The translations under genes and the position numbers were made by a program. 64,000 bases of DNA from Psammoneis japonica (Eukaryota), in NCBI GenBank assembly GCA_008632985.1, contig QPGO01000054.1:1-64000 (forward strand), written 5' to 3'. Below, piece by piece: positions 36,286 through 48,470 of this stretch. The notes under the pieces were generated by a model. The model saw nothing but the letters and a program-made list of their open reading frames with translations, was not told where the DNA came from and did no database searches. Numbering within the stretch: position 1 is the first letter of the stretch; each line of letters opens with the position of its first letter.

Positions 36286-37806
36286 TTAAGTGGACGAGTA
36301 GCTGCTTGCCCTCCTGCGAATCGCCCCCATAATGCCATGTTGACTTCTAGCAGATCGGTTCATCATGTGGGATGTTCGATGCAGAATCGCTTCGTTGCCC
36401 TTGGCCATGCCAACCAAATCTCCACGAACGACACTTGCAATCCTTTGAAAGTTTGGACGATCCTCTATCTTTTCGGCCCAGCATTCTGTGATTAATTTTC
36501 GTGTGAATGCCGGCCACGAGGAAGACACGTGCGGACGATGTCCACCCTTTACAACCTTTTGCTTGAAGTCAGCAATTGTGTACCCTTCGAATGGTACCTT
36601 GAGCGACAGCATTTGGTGTAATAGGATCCCATACGCGTAAACGTCGCACGAAGAATTGTATGGAGCGCAGAGAAACACCTACAACGAACGTGGTTAGAGA
36701 GGTACTGTAATGAAAATTTCAGCATCACGAATCAATCACGCGGAGAGCACATACCTCTGGCGCCATGTACGGCCAGCTCCCTGTCCTTCCCGTCATTTTG
36801 TACAGGCCATTGCCGACCTTGTTTTTTGGCAACAACGATTTACATAGTCCAAAGTCAAACACTTTTACGTCTCCTCTCACATCAAAGCCGATATTCTGAA
36901 CAAAGAAACAAAACATTAGAATGCTGAATGGCACTTCAAGGCAAAGCATAAATGTCAACAAACTCACCTCTGGCTTGATGTCTCGATAAACCAGCCTGGT
37001 TGTCAAAGTGTCGCGAAACCAACGTATCGTGAGACCGCAGAACTTGTAAAGTAAACGAATTAATGTAGTTCGCCATTCACTTACTTGTGGGAATGCATGT
37101 ATCGAAAGGCAGAAGCAAGGTCATAAGCAACGGTCAATCGGTCCACTAGAAGTTTCCTCAACTCCTCCTTATTCCCTCTAATGTTCATGATCCCCTGATT
37201 CTTCTTCTTTATTGCTTTCCACTGGTCTATTCGATCTTCCAGAGTATCGTACAGACGATCTAAAACAATAAAGTAATCCTTACGAATAGGATCACCCTCG
37301 GCAAGCGCTCTCATTTTAATGATGTTCGGGTCCGACAAAACAGTCAAAAACCTTGCTTCAATCGCCAGATCAATGACACCCCTTGCTTCCTCTCGCTCTG
37401 TCAATTGCTTGTTTCGAAGTCTTTTTACAGCATACCTGGCATCTCCATTCCGTAGACAGTTCCTAGCCATAAAACTGCGAGCCGTCGATACTTCCAGATG
37501 CGCTTCATGTTCATGCTCTTCCTCCTCCTTGACCGCACCATTCATATTATGATTTTCCTGTTCACCATTATTTTCTTTCCTTAATCGAATATTACGAATC
37601 TCCTTGACGACACAGAAACCACCAACACCGAGCGTTTTGGCAAACCCAAGCTCTGACCGCTGAAACGTTGGGAACTCTCTCGGTTCAATGGACCTAAAGA
37701 CGACGCCCTCTGAGACTTCTTGCAGGATACTATCGGCCTTGGCGAAAAGTTCTGCCGCGTACTCTTTATCGGTTTTCTTCTTTCTCCTTGGGTCACCCTT
37801 GTTCAT
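36286..37806 (-). CDS. Ser/Thr protein kinase (TKL-like), 4 exons
   Basis: Exons 37806-37085, 36995-36968, 36895-36755 and 36678-36286. Motifs LGVGGFCVV, YAVK, VYRDIKPEN, DFG, GSWPYMAPE and DVYAYG. Confidence 0.93.
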
Positions 37807-38039
37807 TGTCAGAAGTTATATCAGCTATCACACCTGCTCCAGAAGTGTTCTGCTAACCTTATTACCCAGCGGCGCTGCCGCTTGCCATTTTCATTTGGCA
37901 CTTGGCACTTGGCATACAGTAGCACTCTTCTCCGGACGATCTGGAGTTCGGAGCTCGCGATGTTTGAAGTTCGGCTGACGTCGTAGGGGTTCGCAAAAAT
38001 TACACAAATTGTGATAGTACATAAGATACCCGTTGGCTT

Positions 38040-40540
38040 TTCCGCCCGCCACATTTTCCTCTGGTTTCAAACTCGACCTCCACGCTTTTCTCTCGCGCTC
38101 GTTTTTCGATCACAACTCGTCGTCTCGCACGATGTGTTGTTGTTCGCCAAGCCGGAAGCCGTTATCTCCAAGGATGGCTCGCCCTTCCTCTGGATTGAGA
38201 GCTCGCTCCGGTTTGGCGTTCCACAGTGCATTTTGCTTGATGGCGTGTTGTCCAGGCGGCGCAGGTGTTGCCAGTTAAGTCCGGAGGTTGGGGCAAATCG
38301 AGTGCGTGTCTCCGGCCTGGAGTCCATGTTACTCCTGTGTCTTTGACCGTAGGAATTGCCTGTTCGCTTGACCCGTCAGGTCACGGCTGTTGAAACAGAC
38401 AGCAGCGTTCGTCTGCGAGGCAGCAAAAGCTCGCCAAGCAGATCATGCTGTTGACGGAACGCGGGGTTTGGGGTTCCGTCGCACCAGTGACGTGGTGCGG
38501 CAAGTCTTCACTCGTAGGGAGTGTTGATTTAGCACACGGTTGGCTTGCAAGTTTGCTTGTTGTCTCCGCAGTGCGTCCCCCCTTTTGCATTTTTTGGGGT
38601 GATTTTTCACTCTCAAGATGCGCAAAAGCTTGAGCTCCATCTTTTGATGGCGCTCTTGAGGCAACGTCACCTGTGCAATCACGATTTCAAAAGCATTTTT
38701 TGATGTTGGAGTGTTTCAAATTTTTTGAAACACACTTTGTACCTTTGCAACAGACGCAGAAACACCAAAAGTGCAGCACAGCAGTCTTCATTTGCGTGCC
38801 ATTTATTCTGTACGTACGTCAATGGACTGCGTTGACGGTTGTAGCTCTCGCACACTCTGATGCCGTCGCTGCTGTTTTCGACGCTCTGTTGCTTTTATGA
38901 GTGGACGTCTTGTCTTCAGCAGTCTTTCGTGGAGAGGAGAGAATGAAAGATGTTGTCGAAAGGTGTGCAACCTATGAACATGTCGAGCGCAGGAAAAATC
39001 ACAACGAAGTCATTGATCAAGCACTTTACAATGATTCTACAAGCACCTGCTGTCGAAGTTTCTCGGCTGCGGCTGTTGTGCTGCGGTGCCCAATTCGGCG
39101 GTGCACCAGGACTCATTGCTCTGCACGAGAGATGAGTGACTTGTGGCTGCTGTGTGCTCCGGCTTGCCTTTACCTGGTCCAGGCGGCTTAGATTCACAAC
39201 AGGAAGAAACGCAGCTTGGCGATGAGAGACTGGTTTTGTTCGCGATCGTCGTAATGTGCCGGTGCGGAACACCTGGGGGCGGGATCTTGGCCATGCCTCA
39301 TGCTCAGGTGTGCCTTACACAGTTGCCTGAGCGGTTGAGAAAACCAACGGGATGCGAAAAGTCTGCAATCTCGGTGTAAAGTGACAGTGATCACTGAACA
39401 TCAGCAATCAGGAACATGTGCGTGCTGCATGCACAGGCATTGAAACTCCTTTTTGCAGGTCTTGCCTGTCCTGCCGGGTTCGTTCTGGACCTGCAGTGAG
39501 AACGCAGCATGAGAAATGCCCACTGCTTACATTCCATGCCCTGAACATGGACGATGGCTCCAGACATTGACAGCGCACCTCGCAATGACCACATGATTGA
39601 CTCGTTTTCTGTGCCCACAGCCACAAATTGGTGCAGAACATGGAAGTCATCGCTGTCGTCCTTTACGTGCAAGAGTTTCATGTCCTCAGGAGATGTCTTG
39701 GTGTGGCGAGCAATCGCCGTCTTTTAATCTTCTGGATCGACCTCTTCGTCAATGGCGCTCCGAATCATTTCGGTTCCACAAGCCAGGAATGTCGATGATT
39801 TTGGAGGCGGTTGAGTGAGTCAAGCAAAACTTGGGCAAGTGCAATTGAAGACGTGTGTGCATCCGCGCCTTGCCTGCTGCAGCGAACCTCATGTGTCGCT
39901 TCCTTTCTTTGGCTTCTTCATCGATGTTGCTGACATTGCGAGACCGAGCCTTCTTGCAACGATCAGCGTCGTTCTTCTCTTGGATGTCATTCAAGATCTT
40001 CGTGTTGTCTGGCAAACGCCCTCGCAACATGGGTTTCATGAGGGCCTGAAAATTGAAAAAGCGGGAATGAGTCAGCTTCTCTTGTCCGTACAACATCTTG
40101 GCTCATCTCTTCAAGCTCATCTCCCACACCAGATGCATCCAAATGAGCTTTGAGTTGCGCCATGGCTTCAACCCATTTTTTTTTTCATTTTCTCAGGTGT
40201 CATTGCAGCCGACACAACATCTGAAATGGCACTGCACGTAAGGCAATGGCACCCACAAAAGCACTTTGCCTGTCAGACGGAGGCGTGAACTTTGGAGTCT
40301 TTGAAGAAGGCCCAACATGCATGACTGAGTTCCTCGCCGTGCTTCGCACTCCGTCTTCGTTGTTGTCATTTGTCTCAACAATCTTTTTGTACACAAGCCA
40401 TGCTGGTGCTAGCATGACACGAAACACACGGGCAGCAATGGCATCGCTTCGTTCTCCCAAGAGGGAAGGCAAAGGGTCGGATCAAGAACAAAGTCTCGCA
40501 TGGGAGAAAAGAAAATCCGGGAAAAATGGGTTGGGATGCC
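38040..40540. other. Partially TpA-depleted degenerate segment (CpG largely retained), unassigned element
   Basis: About 27 TA in 2.5 kb and about 7 in 39400-40450 (manual count); broken ORFs. Confidence 0.55.
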
Positions 40541-40838
40541 CAGATATAGCATCGCGCCGTCCTTGCGAAAACACTTTGAACTTCTCGTACTTTGGAAGGC
40601 TTGGCTTCATAGCAACGATAGGATCATCCCGGACAAGCGTAGATGATGCTGAACTCATGGTATCTTTGCCGACTAGGGCGATGGGTTGCTTTACATTAGT
40701 CTAGCTAGAGAGTGTAATGTAAGCCCTCAATCAATGGATACTCCCGCTATTTGTGCGCGACTTCGCTGGAGAGGGACACACATACTCAAAACCCAAAAAC
40801 ACTACGCGTTGAATCTGCATACTTCAAGCAGCAGCGAC

Positions 40839-41783
40839 ATGATGATAGTCACCATGCCGGTCCGAACGGTGGTTCTGCTTTGCGTTTTCATGTTGATTCA
40901 TGTAATGATACAGCCTATCGTTGGGTGGGTCATGATGTCATCTCATGCTGGAGGAGATGGAACGGTGTCTCGCAGTAAATTTCTTGATCTAACAAGTGCA
41001 GCTGCTGTGGGATGGATTTCACTCGGCTACTCAACACTGACTCTGCAAGACGCTCATGCGGATGATCTAGAAGGCTTTGTTTCGGCAGGCTTTGTTCGTT
41101 CCGAATGTAAGTAGACGGCTGGACCGAGAGAAAAGCAAATTTCAAGTCATCAGTCCTCGGCTAAACCGCTTACCTAATCTTTCCGTTCATGGTAACAAAA
41201 AGACACAAATTCAATAACAGCATCTAGAGATACCAACATTTCGCCAAAGGAGGTTTATGATAGCATTCTTGGATTGAATATAAGAGCCAAGGACGGAGCG
41301 GCTGCCCTTGACGTTGGTGCTGGAGCCGGTGTTTCTACTCAAACACTCTATCAAATGGGATTTACCAACATTGATGCCTTGGATTGGTCTAGCGATGCAT
41401 GGAACATTAATGTGGTTGAGAATGGACATTGTCCTGATTCGGTGCACTTTTATAACTTGGATGATGAGCGTTTTCTGAATCTGTGGAGACAAAGTATCGC
41501 CAGAAAGTATGACGTGATTGTGTTTAACTTTGCAGTCAATAGCGACAAGGCCACTCAGTTTGCCACCGAACTACTGAAGAGCGATGGAGTCTTGTTGGCG
41601 CCCGTAAATAACCAACGAGACTACTGGCTCAAGCAGTCCTTCCACGTTTTGAACTCTCAAGGCAAACTCTTGTCGAGTGTATCCGATGTCGGTGCTTGGA
41701 GTGTACAGTTTCAACCCGATGTCACCCAGGACACATGCCAAGGTATATGGTGTGCTCCTTTTAATGGATTTCAAAAGCAATGA
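40839..41783 (+). CDS. Class I SAM-dependent methyltransferase-like protein with N-terminal targeting sequence; 2 exons
   Basis: Intron 41107-41202 joins RSE-Y-TNSITASRDTNISPKEVYD. Motif I ALDVGAGAG, IDALD, YDVIVFNF. Start codon is 40839 or 40854. Confidence 0.8.
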
Positions 41784-41958
41784 CCAAAATTGAGCTAGAT
41801 GATTCACGAAAACTGATAATGCTCATGTCACTACTTTTATGTCACGTTCGGACGCTGTGATTAGGATTGTCCCTCGAACGGTCATTGATTGCAGTCAACA
41901 AGACACGAAGCATTCAAGTCCCTACTCTACCGTCTTCCTTCAAGCTTTCTTTCGATGC

Positions 41959-44067
41959 CTATTCGATTCTACCACCTCCACAAGCACAGCAGCTATCCTT
42001 GGCGGTCTTTCCTCCGTTGGCAAAGGAGTCACCAAAGCGCTCACAGTTCAATCCCTGCGCGTACCAGTTACAGTCATAAACGGAGCTGAAGGAGTCATGC
42101 CATCCCTCAGGAAAGTCACTGCACACTCCAACGGGATCTGCAGGTTTGTTCGTGCCGCCTCCGCATGCACAGCAGGCGTCCTTGGCCGTTTCTCCGTTGG
42201 CGTTGGCAAACCGATCTCCGAATTCAGAACAACGGGTACCTTGAGCGTACCACTCGCAGTTATCGCCATCGGCATCGACCCAGTTGATGATATCGCTACA
42301 GCCCTCGATTGGAGCAGGTGGCGGTTCAACACCGCCATCTGTATTCCCTTCTTCAGTCTCTCCTCCATTGAGTAGGTCAAGAGCCGCTTTGGCTTGCACG
42401 AGTCCATAGCCGTACCGATCGTCCCTGCCTTCCGGTCCAAGGTCTTCCGCAGAAGTCTCTAGGATGTTTCGAAGCTCGACAGCACTTGTACCTGGTGCCG
42501 CGCTGAGAAGGAGTGCGCCGACTCCACTAACATGCGGGGCCGACATGCTTGTGCCATCACTACGGCCATATCCTCGACGGTTCCAAAAGCCGCAGATTCT
42601 ACATCCTCCGACGGGAAAGGTACTGAGAATGCCAACACCGGGAGCGGCAATATCGACTTGATCGTTTCTCTGAGAGAAGATGGCGTGCTGCTTGTTTTGT
42701 CGGACTGCCGCAACGGACATTACAGAGCTGTAGCTCGCCGGGTAACTCTTGGCAGTATTGCCATCATTACCTGCCGCTGCCACCAAAAGGACGTCTTCGT
42801 TGTTGAAGAGATTTTCGAATGCGTCTTCCTCCATCGAGCTGTACTCTGGTCCACCAAGACTCATGCTGATGATTCTACTACCACCCTCTTTGCACCTGCG
42901 CGCGGCATCGTAGATTCCAGAAGCGTAGACAAAGCCGCAGTCGCTTCCAAACACCCGAACGGTAAAAATCTCAGCATCTGGTGAGACACCGACTACGCCC
43001 TTGTCATCTCGTTTGGCGGCAATTGTGCCACTATTAGTCGAGAAAACGAATGTAAAGCGTGAGATTGTGTGTCTATGTTGCAATAGTTCGTCGGACACCG
43101 AGAAACTTACCTACAGTGTGTGCCGTGACCGCACTATTAGTTGAGAACACGAATGTAGAGTGGTGAGATGGTGTGTCATCGAGGCAACAGTTCGTCGGAC
43201 AGCGAGAAACTTACCTCATCCTTACTCCACTGGAGACCATCACTGTTGTCAACACCGTCAAGGTTGGTCGTCACAAAGTCGGGGTGATCCTGGTCGATGC
43301 CTGCAGAGAAGAGAGAAAGAAGCAGTAACACAATATTAGAACGTCTCGAGACGCGGCCTTTGCTAGTCATCAATCGCGCTTGCGACTTACCTGTGTCAAT
43401 CACGCAAACTTTGACTCCTTGGCCAGTGATTCCCTTCTCCCACACCTCTGGCGCTTGCACAAGTTCGACACCATACGGCATGTCTTCGGCTAAACGTCGA
43501 TTGCCGCCCTTGTCGAAAAAGTCAGACATATCGCCATTGCTTCGCACAATCATCGGGGTTCGAATGGGATCGTCTACAATGGACTCAATATCAGGGTTGC
43601 TTTCCATAATGGCAATTTCATCCGGCGTGGCAGTAACAACGTACGTGTTGAGTTCTTGAAAGTCATACTCGACTTTGACCTCTGGCTCACCGGCCGCTCT
43701 CTGCAAACTAGCATCCTTCATTGCGTAGTACGTGCTCTTCTTGTGTCCCTCCTTGTAACGCACGATGATTCTTCGAGTACTTTGCATCTTGGCCATATCT
43801 TCAGCCATTAGTTCAATGGTTGTTGGTTCGTTATTCAACTCTCTTTCTTGGTTGCGATGCTCAGGAGAATCTCCACGCAAAGAATTCTGAGTTCATGTTT
43901 CAGGCGATAAGTGAGTCTCAACATTATGGCTGGCACGTCTTTTTACATGCAGTGAAGAAGACAACGGAGATATTTGCACATACCTGTTCGTTTGCCACGA
44001 CAACGTTAGGCCCTGTAGTCACAGCGGCCCAAAGTAGGGATAACAGTGCGGATCGGTGAACCTTCAT
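41959..44067 (-). CDS. Secreted subtilisin-like serine protease (S8) with I9-like propeptide and two C-terminal Cys-rich repeats
   Basis: Signal peptide; VCVIDTG (Asp), HGTH (His, on micro-exon 43111-43133), AAAGN, GTSMSAPHVSG (Ser); ACCACGGG-type repeats. Confidence 0.95.
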
Positions 44068-44514
44068 TTTCGGCGAGGGTACTGTTTACTGAACTGGTTT
44101 GAGAAAATTGTGAGGAAAGCTTGTACTGTACAGCGACGGCAATCCGCGTCAGAGTATCTTCGACGTGATAGTTTGTCTTGCGCGATTGTTAGTTTGGACG
44201 ACTCACAAGTCACAGCTTGTCTGGGCTGTTTTTTTTTTAATCAACCGGAGGTTGTAATGTATCGAAAGTTGTGGTGTGTAAGGATTTGTGAAGCAACACG
44301 GGAAGGAGGTTGCAATCTTGGGTGGCGGGAGCTGAGATTCAATCGTGAGCTTGAGATTTAATTATTCGGATATCAAGAATGATTTCTCGGAAAGGGACTT
44401 TTATTTATAAAAATGAAGGAATAATTATATTGAATTTCCAAAAAAAGTCGCAAGGTGGTGCGTGTGGCGTTCACGATGACGACGTAGCGGCAACAACCGA
44501 ATTCACCACCCAAC

Positions 44515-45630
44515 ATGATGAATGATAGCAACGATGATGGTACAAAGCGCCTTTTCTTTACAACATCTGATCTGATGAATAAGATCAACGAAAACTTGGC
44601 AGAGTTGGAATCCCCGAACGACACAATCAGTCCGCGAGTTGAGCTGCAAAAGCGTTTGCCGGACGGCTCCACTCAACGAGCCGACGAAAAAGAATTGGCC
44701 GCCGCCGACATGCAAACGAAGTTTAAACAGGTGAGGTCTATGATTTTGAAATTACTAATCTTTGTGATATCGATAGCACTAACTTTTCCAACCGTGTGGT
44801 GCATTCATGATTCTGTCTTGTAGGCTGCCGAGCAAGTTGCACGCCTGGATTCACCAGAAGAGAAGATAGCATGGGCCAAGCATCAACGACAAGAGGGAAA
44901 TAAACTGTATGCCACGGGTGACTACCGTGCGGCGATGGATGTGTATCTGACATGTCTTGTGACCAAGACTGACAACGAGGAGTTCCTTACGCAGGTGTTT
45001 CTCCCGACTCTCAACAACCTGGCATTATGCTCTTTGAAACTTTCAATGTGGTCCAAAACGGACGAGTTTTGTACGTTAGCCATCAAAGAGTATAAAAAAG
45101 ATTCAACTCTGCTAGAGAATGCAGAAGCCAAAGACGACGCTACTGACACTCTGGCAAAAATTTACTTTCGAAGAGGGAAGTCGCGTCGATTGCGAGGCAT
45201 GTACAAAGATTCGAGAAGCGACCTAGAGCAGGCCATGATGCTTTTGGATGAAGAGGCATTACAAGAGCGACAGTTAGTTGAAAGAGAAATTGCTCTGGTG
45301 AACAGAGCAGAAATTGAAGGACAGAAGAATGAGGATCGACAGAAACGCGCCATGCGACACTTCCTTGGATCGTCGGCTGATAATGCGGAAGCGCAACCCA
45401 TCTACCCAGAACATACGAGACGACGAAAGTATTCCACTCTTCGATCGAAGAAGTCAGAGTCTGTGGACAAGCCAACTGGCCAGTTCCAGGAAGCACGTGC
45501 AGAACTCTCTTGCTGGGACCGATTCCTCCTGATCGTAGCTGCTCTTGCGGAGAAGGCCTTGAAGATCATAGGTGATGACGAAACACCAGAAAGGATTGCA
45601 CAAGGAGAAATGAAACACCACGATGAATAG
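44515..45630 (+). CDS. TPR-domain protein; 2 exons (intron 44731-44823)
   Basis: RQEGNKLYATGDYRAAMDVY, LNNLALCSLKL and KIYFRRGKSRRLRG TPR helices. Confidence 0.85.
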
Positions 45631-45907
45631 AAAGGCGATGACTACGACACACATGACGCGACTGCGGTGATCACGCTCGTATTATTCAAGGTCGGATATC
45701 TCAATGAAGCTGAGTCTTGGCTTTGGTTGTGAATCCGGGATTAAATGCGACTCGAAAAACAAGACAGAACGTCACGTCCATTTTTCTGTAGAACTGTAGA
45801 GATCTCCACGTGACTAGTTTCGAAGCATTAATTTTTCGTCTCACAGAAACATCTCACAATTTGCAAAATTGAAGGGGACAAAGAGTAGTTCGAGAAACCA
45901 GTGCAGA

Positions 45908-47834
45908 ATGAGGTTTGGATCAAAAGTCATTGCGTCGCTGTTGTCGCTAGCCATTATCACTGGCACGGGTGTGTTTGCCCAAGATGATCACAAGGTGAGG
46001 TTTGGAGGGCGTCTTATGTTTGGGGCGGGTTTCACCATGTTAACATTTTCTTCTTTCTTTTGCTATCTTACGGTAGGTCGGATTGCGAGGCGGAGCTGAT
46101 GGTCAAGATTCGGTGCAAGAGGCATCTGCTGTCGACGTCCATGGACGAAAGCTTACAACTGCAATCAAGCCCCCGAAAGACCCTGACTTTGCGGTAACGA
46201 ACCAGAAGAGTCCATCTCCTCGTCGAGTCATTGTCCGGTACAAACCGGGATACAAGAAACAAACGATGAGCATCATGCGGGCAGCCAACAAGAAGCGCGC
46301 TGTAGGCGAGCCTGAGATTGAAGTGGCGTACGACTTTGATGAGCTGAATACTATGGTTATCAATGCTATGGAAGACGAGATTGCATACCTCATCAACAGC
46401 CCAGAGATTGAAGGCATCGAGGACGATCCGATTCGCTACCCCATGCATGTTGAAGGGAGCAATGTTGATATCTCTGAGCTCTTCGTCGAAGGATCCAGGA
46501 AGCTGGCAGAAACTATCCCACCGGGAGTCACGGCGGTGCAAGCCCCTGAGCTATGGGCAAAAGGTATCAAAGGGTCGGGCGTAAAAGTCTGTGTTATTGA
46601 CACAGGAATCGATCGGGAGCACCCTGACTATGTGTCTTCAAACCTAAGTGGCCCAAGCAACACCAACGCCAGGAACAGGTGGTACGAGGACGGTTGCGGT
46701 CATGGCTCCCACGTCAGGTAAGTTTCTCTGTGTCTGACGAACTGCTGCCTCATTGACACAACATCTCACCGCTTTGCATTTCTTTTCTCAACTAATAGTG
46801 GCACTGTGGCAGCTGCAGCGAATGGCAATGGCGTCGTCGGAGTAGCTCCAGATGCAGAAATCTTTACCGTTCGTGTCTTTGGCAAGGAATGCGGAATCAT
46901 CTTTGGTTCGAGCCTGGTAAATGCTGCTCGCACTTGCCGAGACAACGGAGTAAAGATTATCAGCATGAGTGTTGGTGGCCCCGTCAGGAATTTCTTTGAG
47001 GAAATTGGTTTCAATTCACTCGTGAACAGAGACGACATGTTGATTATCGCGGCAGCCGGAAACGCGGGCGACTCAAGCAAGAGTTTTCCGGCTAGCTACG
47101 GCACTGTCATGTCAGTGGCTGCGGTGAACTCTACAAAGGACCACGCCTTTTTCTCTCAGGCGAACAATCAGGTTAGCATCGCTGCTCCTGGGGTCGATGT
47201 TCTGAGCACCTTTCCTGTCGGGGGATGCGAGATCTGTCGGGACAATATCGATGGTTTTGGTGCCATTAGTGGGACAAGTATGGCTACCCCTCACGTTAGT
47301 GGCGTTGCGGCTTTACTCATGAGCGCCTCTCCGAGTAGCACATCTGCCGATATTCGGGACGCTCTCGAGCTTTCTGCCGAAGACCTTGGAGAATCGGGAC
47401 GCGACGACATGTACGGCAACGGCTTCGTGCAGGCAAGCGCGGCTCTCCGGTTGCTTAAAGGAGAAGACGAAGGGAACACTGAAGAAGGCGCAACTTGCAA
47501 CGACGTTCCGGGATGGCATGATTCTGACGGTGAACAGTATACTTGTTCGTGGTACGCGCAGGAAGGAAACTGCGCATCTTATGGCAACAGGTTTGAGAAC
47601 GATGGATTTACTGCCAATTCGGCATGTTGCGCTTGTGGTGGTGGTGAAGCTGAATCATCAGGGCCTGGCGTTTGCGTCGACTTTCCGGCTTGGAACGATG
47701 CTTTCGGATCTTTCTATGATTGCAACTGGTATAGCCAGGAAAGCAACTGTGAACGTTTTGGCGACACTTCTGCCAATAATGGCAGCACGGCGAATGAAGC
47801 TTGTTGCGCCTGCGGAGGAGGGAGACTTGAGTAG
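45908..47834 (+). CDS. Secreted subtilisin-like serine protease (S8), paralog of 41959-44067; introns 45995-46076 and 46718-46798
   Basis: Signal peptide; VIDTGID, HGSHV, AAAGN, GTSMATPHVSG; two ACCACGGG repeats. Confidence 0.95.
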
Positions 47835-48470
47835 GTAACGAAGATCACAGCTTGAATCTGCCATGGTGGCTTCATGCTGTTCACCTCTTGTTCGAAGTAG
47901 ATACAGGTAGTAGGTAAAGAAGTAGTCTTATTCGGAACAGACTCGGAATGGATTTCCATCATGATAACGTAGGGCTATGGTAGCTACCTAGCTAGAGGGC
48001 CTAGCTCTCTAGCTAGCTAGTAGTAGCGCAGTTTCACCACATCCATTCTCACTTCTGTTGAAAGCGATTTGGAATCTGGAATCTTGGAATGAGCGAACAA
48101 GTGCAGTATTCAAAAAGTGTATTCCGGATCTTTAAAATCTCAACGACAACTGTCAAAATTTTTATTTATAATTGTGTAGAAATGCAGATAGTGTGAAATT
48201 AAAATTTTCTATGTATCTGAAAAGTTCTTAGGTTAGTGCATACGCGAGAGAAAAGCCAAAATTTGATATGTTTCGTACCAGACATTGAACATATTTGATA
48301 TGATCTCAACGCCAGCAATTCAACGGCCGCTCGAAGCTCCCCTCACAATTTCCTCACCAAACAGAGTGCACCATCACAACAAAAAGCATCACGCCACGTT
48401 GGAACTAAGGAACGGCACCAAAGCGCAACAAAACAGATTCATAAGTTGACAAGAGAAGCTGCCGATTAGG

